DNA of 51,818 nucleotides, filler included, from Circinaria calcarea (lineage: Eukaryota), in the NCBI GenBank assembly GCA_051942165.1. It is 2 parts of 2 records of this genome, joined end to end, with 100 filler letters (N's around TTAATTAATTAA, not from the genome) between each part and the next. Parts side by side here need not be neighbours in the genome. Positions count along the whole stretch, not along the records: positions 1 to 25,896 come from JAVECS010000088.1; positions 25,997 to 51,818 come from JAVECS010000089.1. One strand, given 5' to 3'. Of the stretch, positions 13,809 through 26,417 are shown piece after piece. The notes below the pieces were generated by a model. That model was not told the origin of the DNA. It ran no database searches and was given only the letters and a program-made list of their open reading frames with translations. The position numbers were made by a program, and so were the translations under genes. The number at the start of each line of letters is the position of its first letter. Within the stretch, counting starts at the first letter, position 1.

Positions 13809-15452
13809 GTAGCCACGACAGCGCCAGATCCTCCGTATGCTTAAGGTGCACATAATGATGAGAATGACTGTATGCAAACAACTTGTACTATGCGTTTGTC
13901 AGTTTTGATCTGCCAGGCTCCCGTATGATCCCGCCACGCCCGGCTTACGTGTCTGTCATCAATCTCAGCCTGACTCTTTCTGATTTAGGGCTAAGAATCC
14001 TTGCGGTAAAGCCTTTCTCTGCCGGCGGCCGTCACTCCTCCTTCAGCATGATGGCCCCTTTGTCCTTTTAGCGATTGCCCCAGCAAACAATAGGCCTAAG
14101 TGTGCCGTACTAAACGCCACGCCAGGGGGTCATCACACTACCCAGCAAGTTAAGCTTATTGGCAATGATAAGCGCTGAGACCTGTGCGCATACAAACCCC
14201 TTGAAATTTAACATGTCTTTTTATGAAGGACCTAATCTCCCACCCGTCATAAGAGCCCTGAGAGCAGTGATGCAAATAGGGCACGGCAGTCAACAAGGTT
14301 TACAGCGCAAAGATGCGGCTGCTCCTTCCCAGCCTTCACGAGGCGGTACGAGCCGTCCTTTTCGTATGGAGAATGAGCCTGCTGAGGTGGGAAGCGTGCT
14401 TAGCATTGCGTTTCCTTTATTGCATGCGCTTGGCTTCCCCTTCCGTCTAGGTCCGAGCATGGCATCATGCGAGTCAATTACGACAACGTGTGCGTGAGGG
14501 GCTTATCTCCACTGCGAACGCTGCGAACCCCAAGCCCCCAGACGCACGTCAGGTTCCAGCTTTCTACTGTACCACGCAAGCGCAAGCAATGATTGATCGA
14601 GGAAGGGACTCACTGCCGAGATTTGGGCATTTATGAAGTACGGGGGCCATTGGAAGTGAAACCGTCCACGTTGTTTCTAGAATCCCGTTCGGCTCCGGCG
14701 AGGGCCCTTGTCCGGTAGGATTTTGGTTCGGCATGTCAAGTTAGCGCCGGAGCATCCTCACTTCTGCATGATGACACAGATTTTGGGATTTGCTGCTGCT
14801 GCTCTCACACGCTGAACGCCTGTGATGTGGACTTCCTTCTGAGTATATACATCGAAAGCAGTACTCGGACCACATACTTCATCACAGGTAACCGTTCTCT
14901 TGGGCTCGAGTAGACTGTTATTCTCGACAGCCTTGCCGCTGCCAATCTCCCAAATATAAGTGACAGACCGCTTTCTGCCATCATGACGGAGTCCAGGTAA
15001 TTTTCCACTCGCCAACAAGATAAGTAGTTTACCTTATTGGCGGGGTGTCGAGGACATTACGAGACGATGGCTGGTACTCTCCGGGACCGGTGAGCTTCGA
15101 AGATGCATAGCATGGCCACGATGTTTTCTTTTCTTCTAGCTTGCTGCACACCGCTTCCAAGTCGCGCGGCATCCAGCCTTGATTCGTTGCTGCACTTCCT
15201 CACATGATGCGATGGCGGCCATCGACCGGACGGCACTTTACCCGCCCCCTAACTGGTATCGGTATTGGTGTCGGATTGGCATCCATTCTGCCATTTTCCA
15301 AAGGTTGGCATGTAGGAAGTCTGGGCTTTACGCGGGTGATTCTCATTGTCCGAAACTACAGGGGAGCAGCTGACGCCCTCCTCCAGGAACACCTCGACTT
15401 TTGGCCTATAACCACTATCCAAGTACCATGGCGACGCGATTACCTGCCTGCA

Positions 15453-15610
15453 TTATCGTTTCCAGTCGAGTCGAGTCCGGCAATAGCATCCTTGGGGAGT
15501 ACAACCAAGAGATAGGCGAGAAAGTGCTTCAGCCACTCACCTCTTCTTATCATCGTCAGACGAAGCACCCTATCAATCAGGTATCTTGCAGCCCGTATCC
15601 TTTATATATT
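15453..15610 (+). promoter_or_regulatory. GATA-site cluster and TATA-like element upstream of the permease
   Basis: TTATCG (15453), AGATAG (15510), TTATCA (15547) and CTATCA (15570), followed by TTTATATAT at about 15601. Confidence 0.4.
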
Positions 15611-16152
15611 GCCGCTTTTTGTGAAGGTGTTTCTCTCAATGCGATTGCCAATTTTCTTGTCGTGATCAGGCTGAGAAGTCCAGATCTGGAGTTTCGACAC
15701 CCACACCTAGCATTACATCTTCGCCGTTCCTCCCCCGCAATTTCTTCTCGGCCGTCTTCACGGACCAATTGTGGGATGGATTCACTTGATAGCAGAGGCG
15801 TAGTTCTCCTTCTTGCTTCTGACACGTAGCACCGTTAGCACCGTTAGCACGATGTCACTTCTTTAGGTCCCGCACCAATTGACTTTTGCTAGCCTCATTC
15901 TTGGTTTTTTTTTTCGCCAGAAAGGTCCCCAACTGAGTAGTTGATGATCTGATCCATGCCTAGCCCAAGCATCCTATTCCTCGTTGCCTCATCTCCCTGA
16001 CTTCCTTGGAGCCCTTACTTCAATCCCACGGGAATAGTGCGTGAACGCCAGCCATGGCTCACATCCCTCGGCCTTTGCCACTTATATTAACTTCTTCTGT
16101 CTTACCGACGCTTTTAATGTCTATATTTTATCCTTATTGAATTCATGACCGG

Positions 16153-18435
16153 ATGATGCCTCAGCAACTAATCATGACATCGAAAACAGGCACTAAGATA
16201 AATTCCTACAGCAATGGTGAAAAGAAGCCCAATCCCACCATCGATGAGCCGCCGAAGGAAGGTCAATTTAGGGTAGGGAGGCCCATGGCTACGATACAGG
16301 ATGGCGACGAACGCCTCCTCGCGCGAATCGGTTATCAACAGGTTTCTGCCCTTGCCCATGTGTTCCTCAAGAAAACTAGCTTACTCGGGTTCAGGAGCTA
16401 CGCCGGGAGTTCACCAGGTGGTCTGCGGTCTCTTATGCCATCTCCATTCTTGGCGTATTGGGCTCTGTCCCTGCTACATTTGGTAGTCCTATCGCGGCTG
16501 GTGGTCCAGCGACGGCGGTATGGTGCTGGTTCATTGGGTCCTGTACGGCTTACTGCATAGCTAGTTCCGGCAAGTGTGGTCATAACTATTTGAGTGATAT
16601 TAGCTGAGCAAACAGTGGCCGAACTTGTCTCCGCTTATCCTACCGCGGGTGGCATGTACTTTGTTACAAAACACGTTGTCCCTCCAGCGCATGTGGCCAT
16701 ATGGGCATGGATTGTGGGATGGTGCAACTTTCTTGGGCAGACAGCAGGCGTATCCAGTGTAGCGTACACTGTTTCCCAGATGATGTTGGCTTGTGCGAGC
16801 ATGAATTCAACATTCAAGAATGGGGAATATGCTTACGCACCGTAGGCATACCCCCTTTTTAAACAAACCAAATTATGCTCATTTTTCGATAATAGGAACG
16901 CACTACAGACAGTCCTACTGGCAATACTTTTGCTTTGCGTTATGGGCGCCATCTGTTCGCTGAGGACGTTACAACTCCACAAAATAATCCTATGGTTTGC
17001 GCCGATCAATAGTGAGCATCTCCTATATGGCACTCGATGACTGCTAATAGACTTGAAGTCCTTGCATCTGTCAGCATCTGCATTGCGTTACTCGTTCTCA
17101 CTCCTGAGAAGCAGACTGCAACATGGGTCTTCACATACGTTACTGATGGCTCGGGCTGGGGTAGTAAGGGGTTCTCGTTTCTGCTAGGGTTAGTTTTGGT
17201 AACCAATTTGAGGGGCCCTTTACTAGACAAAATCTCAGTTTCCTCTCTGTGGCCTGGACAATGACTGATTACGACGGTCAAACTGAAAGTATTGCCTTCC
17301 TCCGTCTTGAATCTGCTCTCTAACCTTTTACAGCAGTAAGAGAGACACCCTTTACCCAGCTGCCACCTGATTACTAAGATTACGCAAAGTATGTCCGAAG
17401 AAACCCATGACGCAGCGATCCGTGGACCAGTAGCCATACGGCTTGCCGTCGTTGTTTCTGGTATTGTTGGCTGGATGCTTACAATCACGTTCTGCTTTTG
17501 CATGAAAGATTATGAGGGGATTGTCTCTTCGCCCACGGGTCTCCCGGCAGCACAGATTTTTCTCAATGCCGGAGGAAGGACCGGCGGTACAGTAATGTGG
17601 TTCTGGGTGATACTTGTCCAGTTCTTCACTGGCTGCTCGGCTATGTTGGCAGATACAAGAATGGCATATGCATTCGCACGAGATGACGCCCTTCCGTTTT
17701 CCAAGTAAGCTAGGGTTTTCATATCTATAGATGGGATAATAGGATGCTGAGTCCTTGCAGTTTCTGGAGCTCTGTCAACCGATATACGCAAACACCCGTC
17801 AACGCCGTATGGCTCGTGGTGCTATTAAGTACATGTCTCAACCTCATCGGGATCGGATCCACACAGACTGTCATAGCCATCTTCAACATTACAGCCCCGG
17901 CGCTGGATCTCTCCTATATCGCCGTTATACTCGCTCATCGCGTCTACGAGAACCGAGTCAAATTCGTCCCGGGGCCGTATACACTCGGCAAATGGGGGAA
18001 GCCCGTCAATGCCGTAGCGATCGGCTGGGTCTGCTTCATCAGCGTCGTGTTGTTCTTCCCCCCCGTCAAGCCCGTGACTGCTGAGAACATGTGCGTATTT
18101 TTTCATGGGCGATTTTTCTCTGTTTCGAAAGATGAACACTTATCTGTTTTCCAGGAACTACGCCGTCTGTGTCGCCGCGTCCATCGCACTCTTTTCATTA
18201 TCATGGTGGTGGATCGGAGCTCGAAGGTAAATTATGAAACCCCCCCCCCCCCCCTTCTTTCTTTCATACCAGATTTGATTTATTTCGTCAGCTAATGTTT
18301 GGGGGGTAATTTTTTTTTAAAAACAATAGCAAATACACCGGCCCACGTACCAAGGATCTTCTCCAATTGATCAACAGCGATGATATCGAAGATGGATTTT
18401 TTCCCGGGTTACCTAGTCCTGAGTACAGAGAATAG
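16153..18435 (+). CDS. APC-superfamily amino acid/GABA/polyamine permease (Uga4/Tpo5/Hnm1-like), about 11 introns
   Basis: Spliced motifs LARIGYQQ|ELRREFTRWSAVSYAISILG, GGPATAVWCW, SSVAELVSAYPTAGGMYF, WTMTDYD...MSEETHDAAIRGP, RMAYAFARDDALPFS, TPVNAVW, PVTAENM|NYA and KYTGP; many hydrophobic segments; stop TAG at 18433-18435. The start codon could be 16153, 16156 or 16174. Confidence 0.9.
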
Positions 18436-18837
18436 AGAATAGAGAGTTGGGATATGTATATATGGCAGCGATCGCGTTGTATGGCTATCCTTGTCGTTTT
18501 CTTGGAATTCTGCTGGTCACTACTTACTGGATAGGGGCATGCAATTCTGAACACGGGGCATAGTTTGGACGCTTTGATGAAAAATGTGCGCACATGTCCG
18601 ATATCGCTAGAACATTGAGCGTTTTAATCCGCTGTCTGTCATATAACCTCTACCCCCTCCCTCTCCCCAATACTATACGTAGCCTCCCGCCATTCCAGAG
18701 CTCGTGGTGCTAAACCAAACCCCCTTGCCCAAGGAAAGGCCTAATCTAAAACAGACGGTTATGAATTTCCCAGACCAGCTCCTAGCAGGGCTTGACCATC
18801 ACGGCAAACTGAAAATCTCCTACACCGCGGTTCCCCT

Positions 18838-20194
18838 CTATGCTCGCTGTAACGTGACATCTAACATCTGGATTTAGTGATCTAATATACCCCAAAAAGG
18901 TTGGGGGGAGGGTCGTTACTCGGATCCTTGAGGATAGCTCCATGTTCGGCTGGCAGCAGAGCCCCCTTTGGAGGGTGATTCTTGCGCTTGAAGTCGTCAC
19001 ATATGTCTTCCATTTTGACCCACTCGACGCCAGGTTTGGTGCTGATGTATTCGATCAATCTGGTTGGGGTAATGTTAGTCGAGATATTGTTGGAAGATAC
19101 TCTTTGAGGGGTTAAAGTCGGTACCGTTCCAACATCAAAATCACATGCGGGTGTCCGCCGACGTCGGGATGGATCGTGCTATATGGAATTAGGTTTAATC
19201 GGAGGACCATGTTCGAACGGGAACCCCCTGATACTCACACCGGGAAACAAAAATCCTCTTCCTCGCGGTAAAAGTAATCGAAATGGTCTCGCCATAAATC
19301 TTCCACATCTCTTGGATTGACCCAACCGTGCGAGTTTGGGGCTTTCTTGATGAACATCATGGGAGGAAGATCATCAAGGTACCAGTTTGCCGGGATCTCA
19401 ACAAGCGCGGTTTGCGGACCGGCTTGGAGAGGGTGCATCCAGTGGGAGGGGTGTTTGCTGTAGTCAATGGGCGTCCATGAGTCACCGGTACGTAGCCAAT
19501 ACGGATGGCAGTCTTGGTGGGAGAGGGAGTGGTCTGCATGAAGAATCAGCCGGTTCATCATCCAAGTGGTGGCCGATGTCGGAGTGGATGGTCTACCGTA
19601 TTCGATGCCATATTTCAACATCAACTCGGCAGCCTCTCGGGATGCCTCCCACCAAGGCGCCACACCCCCTCGCGGTGGTTTGCCACAGAATTCCGTCAGC
19701 TGCTTGTAGGTCTTGTCCAGGACTGCGTGTTGTTGCTCGATGCTCATCTTCGTAGGGTTTTCGTGGGAGTAGCCATGAAGGCCTCTGGGTACTTAGATGT
19801 TAGCACCGTTCCAACGTCTCAAGGCTCAGTGAAGGCATACATTTCATGACCTGCGTCCCGGACCATAGCGCATTCCTCTGGAAAGGTATCGAGCGAATGG
19901 CCTGGGATGTACCAGGTGGTCTTGATGTCATATTTCGCAAAGAGCTTGAGCAATCTGCGCACGCCCACGGTACCGGCGAACAAACCTAGAGACAAGATTG
20001 AGCTTATCCGTTAATAACTATCAATCCGGATATACCTCGAGAAATATCGCTCGTACTATCCTCCCCTCCATAAGACCCAAGCCATCCTGCAACGGCGTCG
20101 ATATCGACAGAGATACAGCAAAGTGCACCTGCGCTCAATCAGCAAGGCCGTGTCAATTGATCTCGGAGTTTGTAAAGTTACGTTTCTTAGCCAT
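18838..20194 (-). CDS. Cytosolic CE4/polysaccharide-deacetylase-fold amidohydrolase, H. pylori HP0310(PgdA)/PuuE-like; 7 introns
   Basis: Spliced sequence [51 protein letters not shown]...[14 protein letters not shown]...[14 protein letters not shown]...[10 protein letters not shown]...[30 protein letters not shown]...TIHPDV; no signal peptide; last exon NVTLQRA*. Confidence 0.92.
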
Positions 20195-20221
20195 ACTGGT
20201 GCGGGGATGAGAGCGGTGACG

Positions 20222-20543
20222 AGATAGCAGAGGATAGCATTTCCCCGCACTGTAGGAATGCTGACATATAGATAACGGACCCCACTCCGCACATTATTGC
20301 GGTACTTGATGGTGTTTCCAAAAAGGAAGCCACTCGCCCGCATCTTGACTACGTAGGTGGTAGACAGGGGTATTGGCGGACGCTAATCTGACATGTTGCA
20401 GTGATAAGAGAGATTACCCGACCGATAAGGTAAGGCAACCAACGTGATGTTGATGACTTGGAGGTCAGGGATGGTCGGATGGAATCAATCAAGATAAAAG
20501 CTACGAGCACCCATGAAGAAGCAACTTTGAAAGGGTAGATAAG
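20222..20543. promoter_or_regulatory. Dense HGATAR cluster upstream of the deacetylase-like gene
   Basis: AGATAG 20222, AGATAA 20270, TGATAA 20402, CGATAA 20423, AGATAA 20492 and AGATAA 20537, all on one strand. Confidence 0.55.
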
Positions 20544-21098
20544 AGAGGTAGCTTTATGGAGCTATAGAAGTATGAACACCTACAGTTATATATGCGAGCA
20601 TAGGAGTAGATCGAACAGGTGGCTTGCCCTCAGTGTATGAATACCAGTTGACATTTAACATCACATGCTAAAAAAAAGGGCTTGCCCTGTTCCTACAAGT
20701 ATCTGAACGGGACTGTAATAGAAGTGAAGTCGCGTTGGGTCGAAGAGTATTTGCCGGTATGGAGTGTTTGCTCCACATAAGCTCGAGGTTGTCGGTACGG
20801 AGTATCAACAATGACGTCGTGCCTCGAAATGCCGAGGGGGTTGCAGGGGGTGCATTGACCCCTGTCAAGGGGAGACACTATTCACAAGGTGTTTGTTCGC
20901 GGACGGATCGCGTGAGGTTTCTTTTGACCGTATTCACTGTTAATCATCACTACCATCAAATCTTCTTCACCACCGCTCAAGCCACGCTTGGAGAAGAACA
21001 TCAGCGCGAGACTAGACTTTAGGCAGTGATAATACAGCTTCTGTGACGCTGATGTTGACTCCTAGACCCAACTCATCACCTCCCTATCTAACTTGAAG

Positions 21099-24000
21099 AT
21101 GTTCAACTTCACCCCCCTCCTTGGGGCGCAGTCGACATCGCCTGCATCACAGTCTTTACTGGAATTTGAAGGAGGAATCAAGGTCTTGGTGGATGTGGGC
21201 TGGGACGAGGGCTTCGATGTCTCAAAGCTGAAGAGCTTGGAAAGGTTGGTGTTGCGAGGATACACCTACTCTTGGTGCCTAGAGCTTGCTCTGCATGAAG
21301 GAGATGAAATTCAGCCTTTGTGATGATATGCAGTCATGTAGACTCAATTTAACGCATCACTATTACTGCCAAGTCCATGTCACCCTGAGTTCTCGTCTCA
21401 TGTCGGATTACATGACTGACTTGTAATTCTGCCTTAGACACACACCCACCCTTTCAATCGTGCTTCTAACCCATGCTACGTCAGCTCACATCGCCGCCTT
21501 CGCTCACTGCTGCAAGCATATTCCACTATTCAGTCAGATTCCTATCTACGCCACCAATCCTGTCATCTCACTTGGTCGAACCCTACTACAGGACCTCTAT
21601 TCCTCTACCCCGCTGGCGTCGACTGTCATACCGGAAACATCCTTGTCGGAAGCGTCGTACTCATATTCAGCTACTGGCCTTGGACATTCTCTCAAGCTCC
21701 TCCTCCAACCTCCTACATTGGACGAGATCGCCTCCTACTTCTCCTTGATCAATCCACTAAAATACTCTCAGCCTCATCAACCGCTGCCATCATCCTTCTC
21801 TCCACCACTGAATGGCCTTACCATTACAGCCTACAATGCCGGCCATACGCTTGGAGGAACAATATGGCACATACAGTCGGGGATGGAATCAGTCGTGTAT
21901 GCGGTGGACTGGAATCAGGTTCGTGAGAATGTCTTGAGTGGAGCGGCTTGGCTTGGAGGGTCTGGTGCTGGCGGAGCAGAGGTCATTGAACAGTTGCGTA
22001 AACCGACCGCGCTGATATGTAGCACCAAGGGAGCCGAGAAGAATCCTTTGGTAGGAGGACGGAGCAAGCGCGATGATCTTCTTTTGGAGATGATTCGTAC
22101 CTCGATAAGTAAGGGGGGTACAGTCCTGATCCCCACAGATACCAGTACAAGGGTGCTCGAATTAGCCTATCTTCTTGACCATGCATGGAGAAGAGAAGCA
22201 ACGAATCAAGGGAGCCCATTTCAGAGCGCAGGCTTATATCTTGCGAGTCGAAACGTTGGCGCAACCATGAGGTATGCTAGCAGTATGCTTGAGTGGATGG
22301 ACGAGAACGTGGTTAAAGAATTCGAGGCTTCAGCAACGAATTCTTCCAATCGCCAGCACAATCGTACAGACAGCAAGCAAATGCGAAACAATCAGGAGAA
22401 CCCGAACAAAGGCAGCAAACCCACGGAGAATGCAGGCGGGCCGTTCGATTTCACAAACCTCAAGTTGATCGAGCGCAAATTCCAAGTGGAGAAAATCCTG
22501 GCAAATAAGACCGCCAAGGTAATATTAGCCAGTGACACATCTATGGAGTGGGGCTTTTCCAAAGATATTCTACGCCACATTGCGAGCGAGCCCGCCAATC
22601 TTATTCTCCTTACGCAAGATTACGGGGTGGAAAACGTAACGGATGGGCAGGATGTTGGTAGAACGATCTGGGAATGGTACCGGGAGAGAAGAGACGGGGT
22701 GGCCATGGAGATTGGATCTGATGGGCAACGTCTTGAGCAAGTGCATACCGGTGGTCGGAACCTAACAATCAGCGAGGCTCGTCGCACGGCTTTGGAAGGT
22801 AAAGAGTTATTGATCTACCAACAGTATCTTGCAACACAGCGCCAATTTCAAACCACCCTTCAGACGAACGGCGGTCCCGGTCTTGAGACCAGCAACGACG
22901 CCATTGATGAGACATCTTCGACGAGCTCCTCGTCTTCAGATCAATCGGATCCTGAGAGGCAAGGGAAAGCGCTCAATCTATCCACCACATTAGCCCACGG
23001 CAATCGGAACAAGCTCAATCCTGCTAAACAATCAGTTGGGGTAAACGCACTCCTTCATCAGCCAAATCTGTACGACTATGACGTGAGAAGTAAAAAGGGT
23101 AGAGAAGCGATGTTTCCATTTACCACGAAGCGGCGGCGAGGAGACGACTTCGGAGAATTGATACGGCCCGAAGAATATTTGAGAGCCGAAGAACGCGACG
23201 AGGTAGATGGGCAAGACATGCGAGGTGCAGGGCCAGGTAAGGAAACCCGGATGGGCCAGAAGCGAAAGTGGGAAGACCCAGGACAATCGAATGGGAACGG
23301 CCGTCGCTCTTCTACCGGCGCCGCAAAACGACGGAGAGTTGAGGGTTTGTCTAGAGAGGACGAGCCGTTCGGTGGCACGATTCGTGAAAAGGATAGCAAC
23401 TCAAATGACCATACACAAAACGAGGTCTCTGAAGACTCGGACTCGGAGGGAGAGGAGCTACCATTGGGTCCGTCTAAACTTACTTTCGAGATCACGACAG
23501 TACAAGTCAATTTCCGAATTGCGTATGTCGACTTCGCTGGGATCCATGATCAACGAAGCTTATCAATGTTGATCCCCCTTATACAACCACGGAAAGTTAT
23601 CTTCGTTGGAGGTACCGTTTCGGAGACCTTGTGGCTAGCCGAAGATTACAGGAAGAAGCTCCGATCCAAGTCTATACAATCTGATGAACAAGCCACGAAT
23701 GATATATTCTGTCCAATGATAGGGGAGACGGTGACCGCAAGCATGGATACAAATGCATGGACTGTCAAACTGAGCGAAGCTTTGGTAAGACGCCTCCATT
23801 GGCAGAAAGTGAGAGGTCTGGGTGTAGTCACACTTATGGGCCGGCTGGCAGCCACGGTCGCACCGGATAATTTGCTTTTGGAGGTGTCTAAATCGAAAAG
23901 ACAGAAATTCTTGAAAGAAGAAGTCCAAACGCCTACCTCTGAGGATGTGCCAATGGCTTCTGAACAGGCTTCCGAAGCGCCACCAACCCTCGATGTATTG

Positions 24001-24297
24001 CCTGCCTCCATGGTTGCTGCAACCCGTTCTGTTGCTCAACCGCTTCATGTTGGTGACCTGAGGCTCGCTGACTTAAGAAAGCTTCTCCAATCGGTAGGCC
24101 ATATGGCTGAATTCAGAGGTGAGGGAACCTTGCTTGTTGATGATTTGATCGCAGTGAGAAAAACGTCAACTGGGCGAATTGAGGTGGAGAGCGGAGGCCT
24201 TCAGCTCCCAGTCACGATGATGAGAGATCACCAAGATTCATTCCAGGCTGTAAAACGAAAAATATATGATGGTCTTGCAGTCATTGCTGGGGGTTAG
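21099..24297 (+). CDS. CFT2: Cleavage and polyadenylation specificity factor subunit 2 (CPSF100/Cft2); intron 21245-21437
   Basis: MFNFTPLLGAQS...ASQSLLEFEGGIKVLVDVGWD, LLTHAT, AYNAGHTLGGTIWHI, VYAVDWNQVRE, DDFGELIRPEEY, LHVGDLRLADL...AEFRGEGTL, KRKIYDGLA; metallo-beta-lactamase/beta-CASP architecture. Confidence 0.95.
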
Positions 24298-25177
24298 TGA
24301 GTCTCTCATGGCCGAGTGTCCTCTCGTTCCCGTTTCAAGCCATATATTCATGTATTATCCATGTATTTTCAGGACTTTGTCGCAGGGAATCTGATAACTG
24401 TTCGAAGCGCGTGTGCAGATATCATTGCCAATGAAAGATGTCAGAGTAAGAAAAACTTCATATACTACGATAAGAGAATCGCAAAAAAACCAATTTTGAC
24501 AAAGACAATCAGAGTATGAGGTCCGTTCTTACTACATATAGGCCGAACTTTTTAAACCGGACTTCTATACGTTCAAGGTCTTAAGTTGCTTGACGCGTTA
24601 TAATTTCTGCACGAGAGGCCATCCAGTGCCATACTGCTACTTTTGGTAACTACTTCTACTTACCCGCCTTACCGGGTGAATCGACACGGAACAGTGCATT
24701 CTAGATGCCACCTTGGTGGAATTGGTGTTTCGAAACACTTGCTGCATCACAACCCAACTTCATCTTTCCCCTGCTTCCATAAATCTTCTTATTCATGGCT
24801 GCAATCAGCGGTCATGAATGCCGATAATCTGACTCCAGGATGTGTCAAACATACGAATTCATCCAGGACTGACATCAAGCGGTGACTGGTATGAAGGGTA
24901 TAAGTTTTCCATCGACTCCCCCTCTCGATGGGTTCTTCCCAAGCATCTGTTTCTCATTTATTTCGACATCGAACAACCCAACATCACTTTCGCTGTCATC
25001 GACCAAGCAGAGACATCCAACCAAATCACCGTCATATCATATTAGGATTGCAGTCAGTATTGTAATTTTAATTTAAGAACTAGTTTCCTTACCTAAACTT
25101 CCCCTACCGACTGACATCCACCTATCTTACCTTGATAATCCTCCACGAACGACCGATTTCGAGGTCCCTCCGACTCC

Positions 25178-25896
25178 ATGGATCCTGCACCTACGCGATA
25201 CGTTGGAGGAAGTAATGGAGGTCCACCGCAAGGCGGGAGGGCTCCGGGGTTGAGACCGGGAACAGGACCTCATAACGTTTCAGCACCACCGCCTCCGTAC
25301 CAGCGCCATCCACCAATGAGGGTGGTTGGACCAATACCTCTTGTGGTGCAACCGGTTATCCAGTATGTCCCTGTCGTGCAGCAAGCATGGTTGGTTGCGC
25401 GACCACGATTACCTTCACCGCAAACTCCTCCTACACCTGCAGTAACACCACCACCTGCGCGAGCTCAAGTACCGGACCGTCCCACCATCCCAGGTGAAAC
25501 CATGAAGGGAAAGCAGGTGACCTTTGACAACGGGGCCACTTATCTATTTCCCGAAAAGGTGGTCACGATAATGTTCATCAACAACAATTTCCAGCCGTGG
25601 AAGAACCCTGGCGTTCCATTCGAACATACGACTCACTACATCGACTGCTCTTCCACCGTACGGCATCTCATGAGCCAGCTCGGCATCCCCATCACTGCTC
25701 CGAACGAATGGGGAATCATCGAGGCCGAGGAACTGGGTTCGGGGCGATGGAGAGCATTGGAGAAGGTGGTGCCAATAGACGTCGAACACGAGAAGAAAAA
25801 ATACCGCACCCTTCTTCCTGACGTGCCTGAAGACAAACTGACGGCTTTGGTCGGCGACGATCCCGGTCTGCAGACGCTGGAATCTCTTGGTTGGAA
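25178..25896 (+). CDS. Hypothetical protein, Pro-rich N-terminus plus a compact C-terminal domain; truncated at the scaffold gap
   Basis: An ATG-initiated frame of about 240 codons stays open up to the N-run; globular-looking C-terminal part (YLFPEKVVTIMFI...TVRHLMSQLG...WGIIEAEELGSGRW...TLESLGW). Confidence 0.6.
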
Positions 25897-25996
25897 NNNN
25901 NNNNNNNNNNNNNNNNNNNNNNNNNNNNNNNNNNNNNNNNTTAATTAATTAANNNNNNNNNNNNNNNNNNNNNNNNNNNNNNNNNNNNNNNNNNNN
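25897..25996. other. Artificial assembly gap/linker: 44 N + TTAATTAATTAA + 44 N
   Basis: Symmetric 100-nt spacer whose core puts stop codons in all six frames; the genes on both sides are truncated at it. Confidence 0.95.
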
Positions 25997-26417
25997 GCCT
26001 GGGCCACCGTTGAGCCAGATGGTGATCTCGTCCGAGGCGGCAGGATTCTCGGATGGAAAGAACCAGAAATAGAGTTGACGAGTCTCGTTGACGGCGCTGG
26101 AGATGGGAAGGAGTCCAGCATATGATTCACCAATATCAAAATCGACATCTGGGATAGCGGTGCCATTGACAGCAAATTCTAGCATGCTTCAGTCAATCGT
26201 TCGTAAGCGTTCTGTCAACGTACAGCTTACTGCTAGTATTTGCATTCAAGTAGGATGAGGCACGTTTCGCGTGAGGCGTCGCCGGGTACCTTGGTATAGA
26301 GAAGTCTCTCTTGGCTTTGGGTGCCCTTTGCGGCAAGCTCTTACCCACATGTTGCGGACTCCTCGCCACTGTCAGGCAGACGCTCGCGAGCAAGGTGAAG
26401 ATGGTAAAGCTTTGCAT
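25997..26417 (-). CDS. Secreted serine carboxypeptidase (peptidase S10, CpdS/Sxa2-like), 5' part only; truncated by the gap
   Basis: Signal peptide [18 protein letters not shown], Kex2-type KR sites, then after one intron [25 protein letters not shown]...LYFWFFPS...[10 protein letters not shown]. Confidence 0.9.

Noticed and set aside
14758..15829. Short ORFs between the amine oxidase and the permease
   Set aside because: Mostly non-ATG starts, no family motifs and no consistent splice model; probably promoter or UTR sequence.
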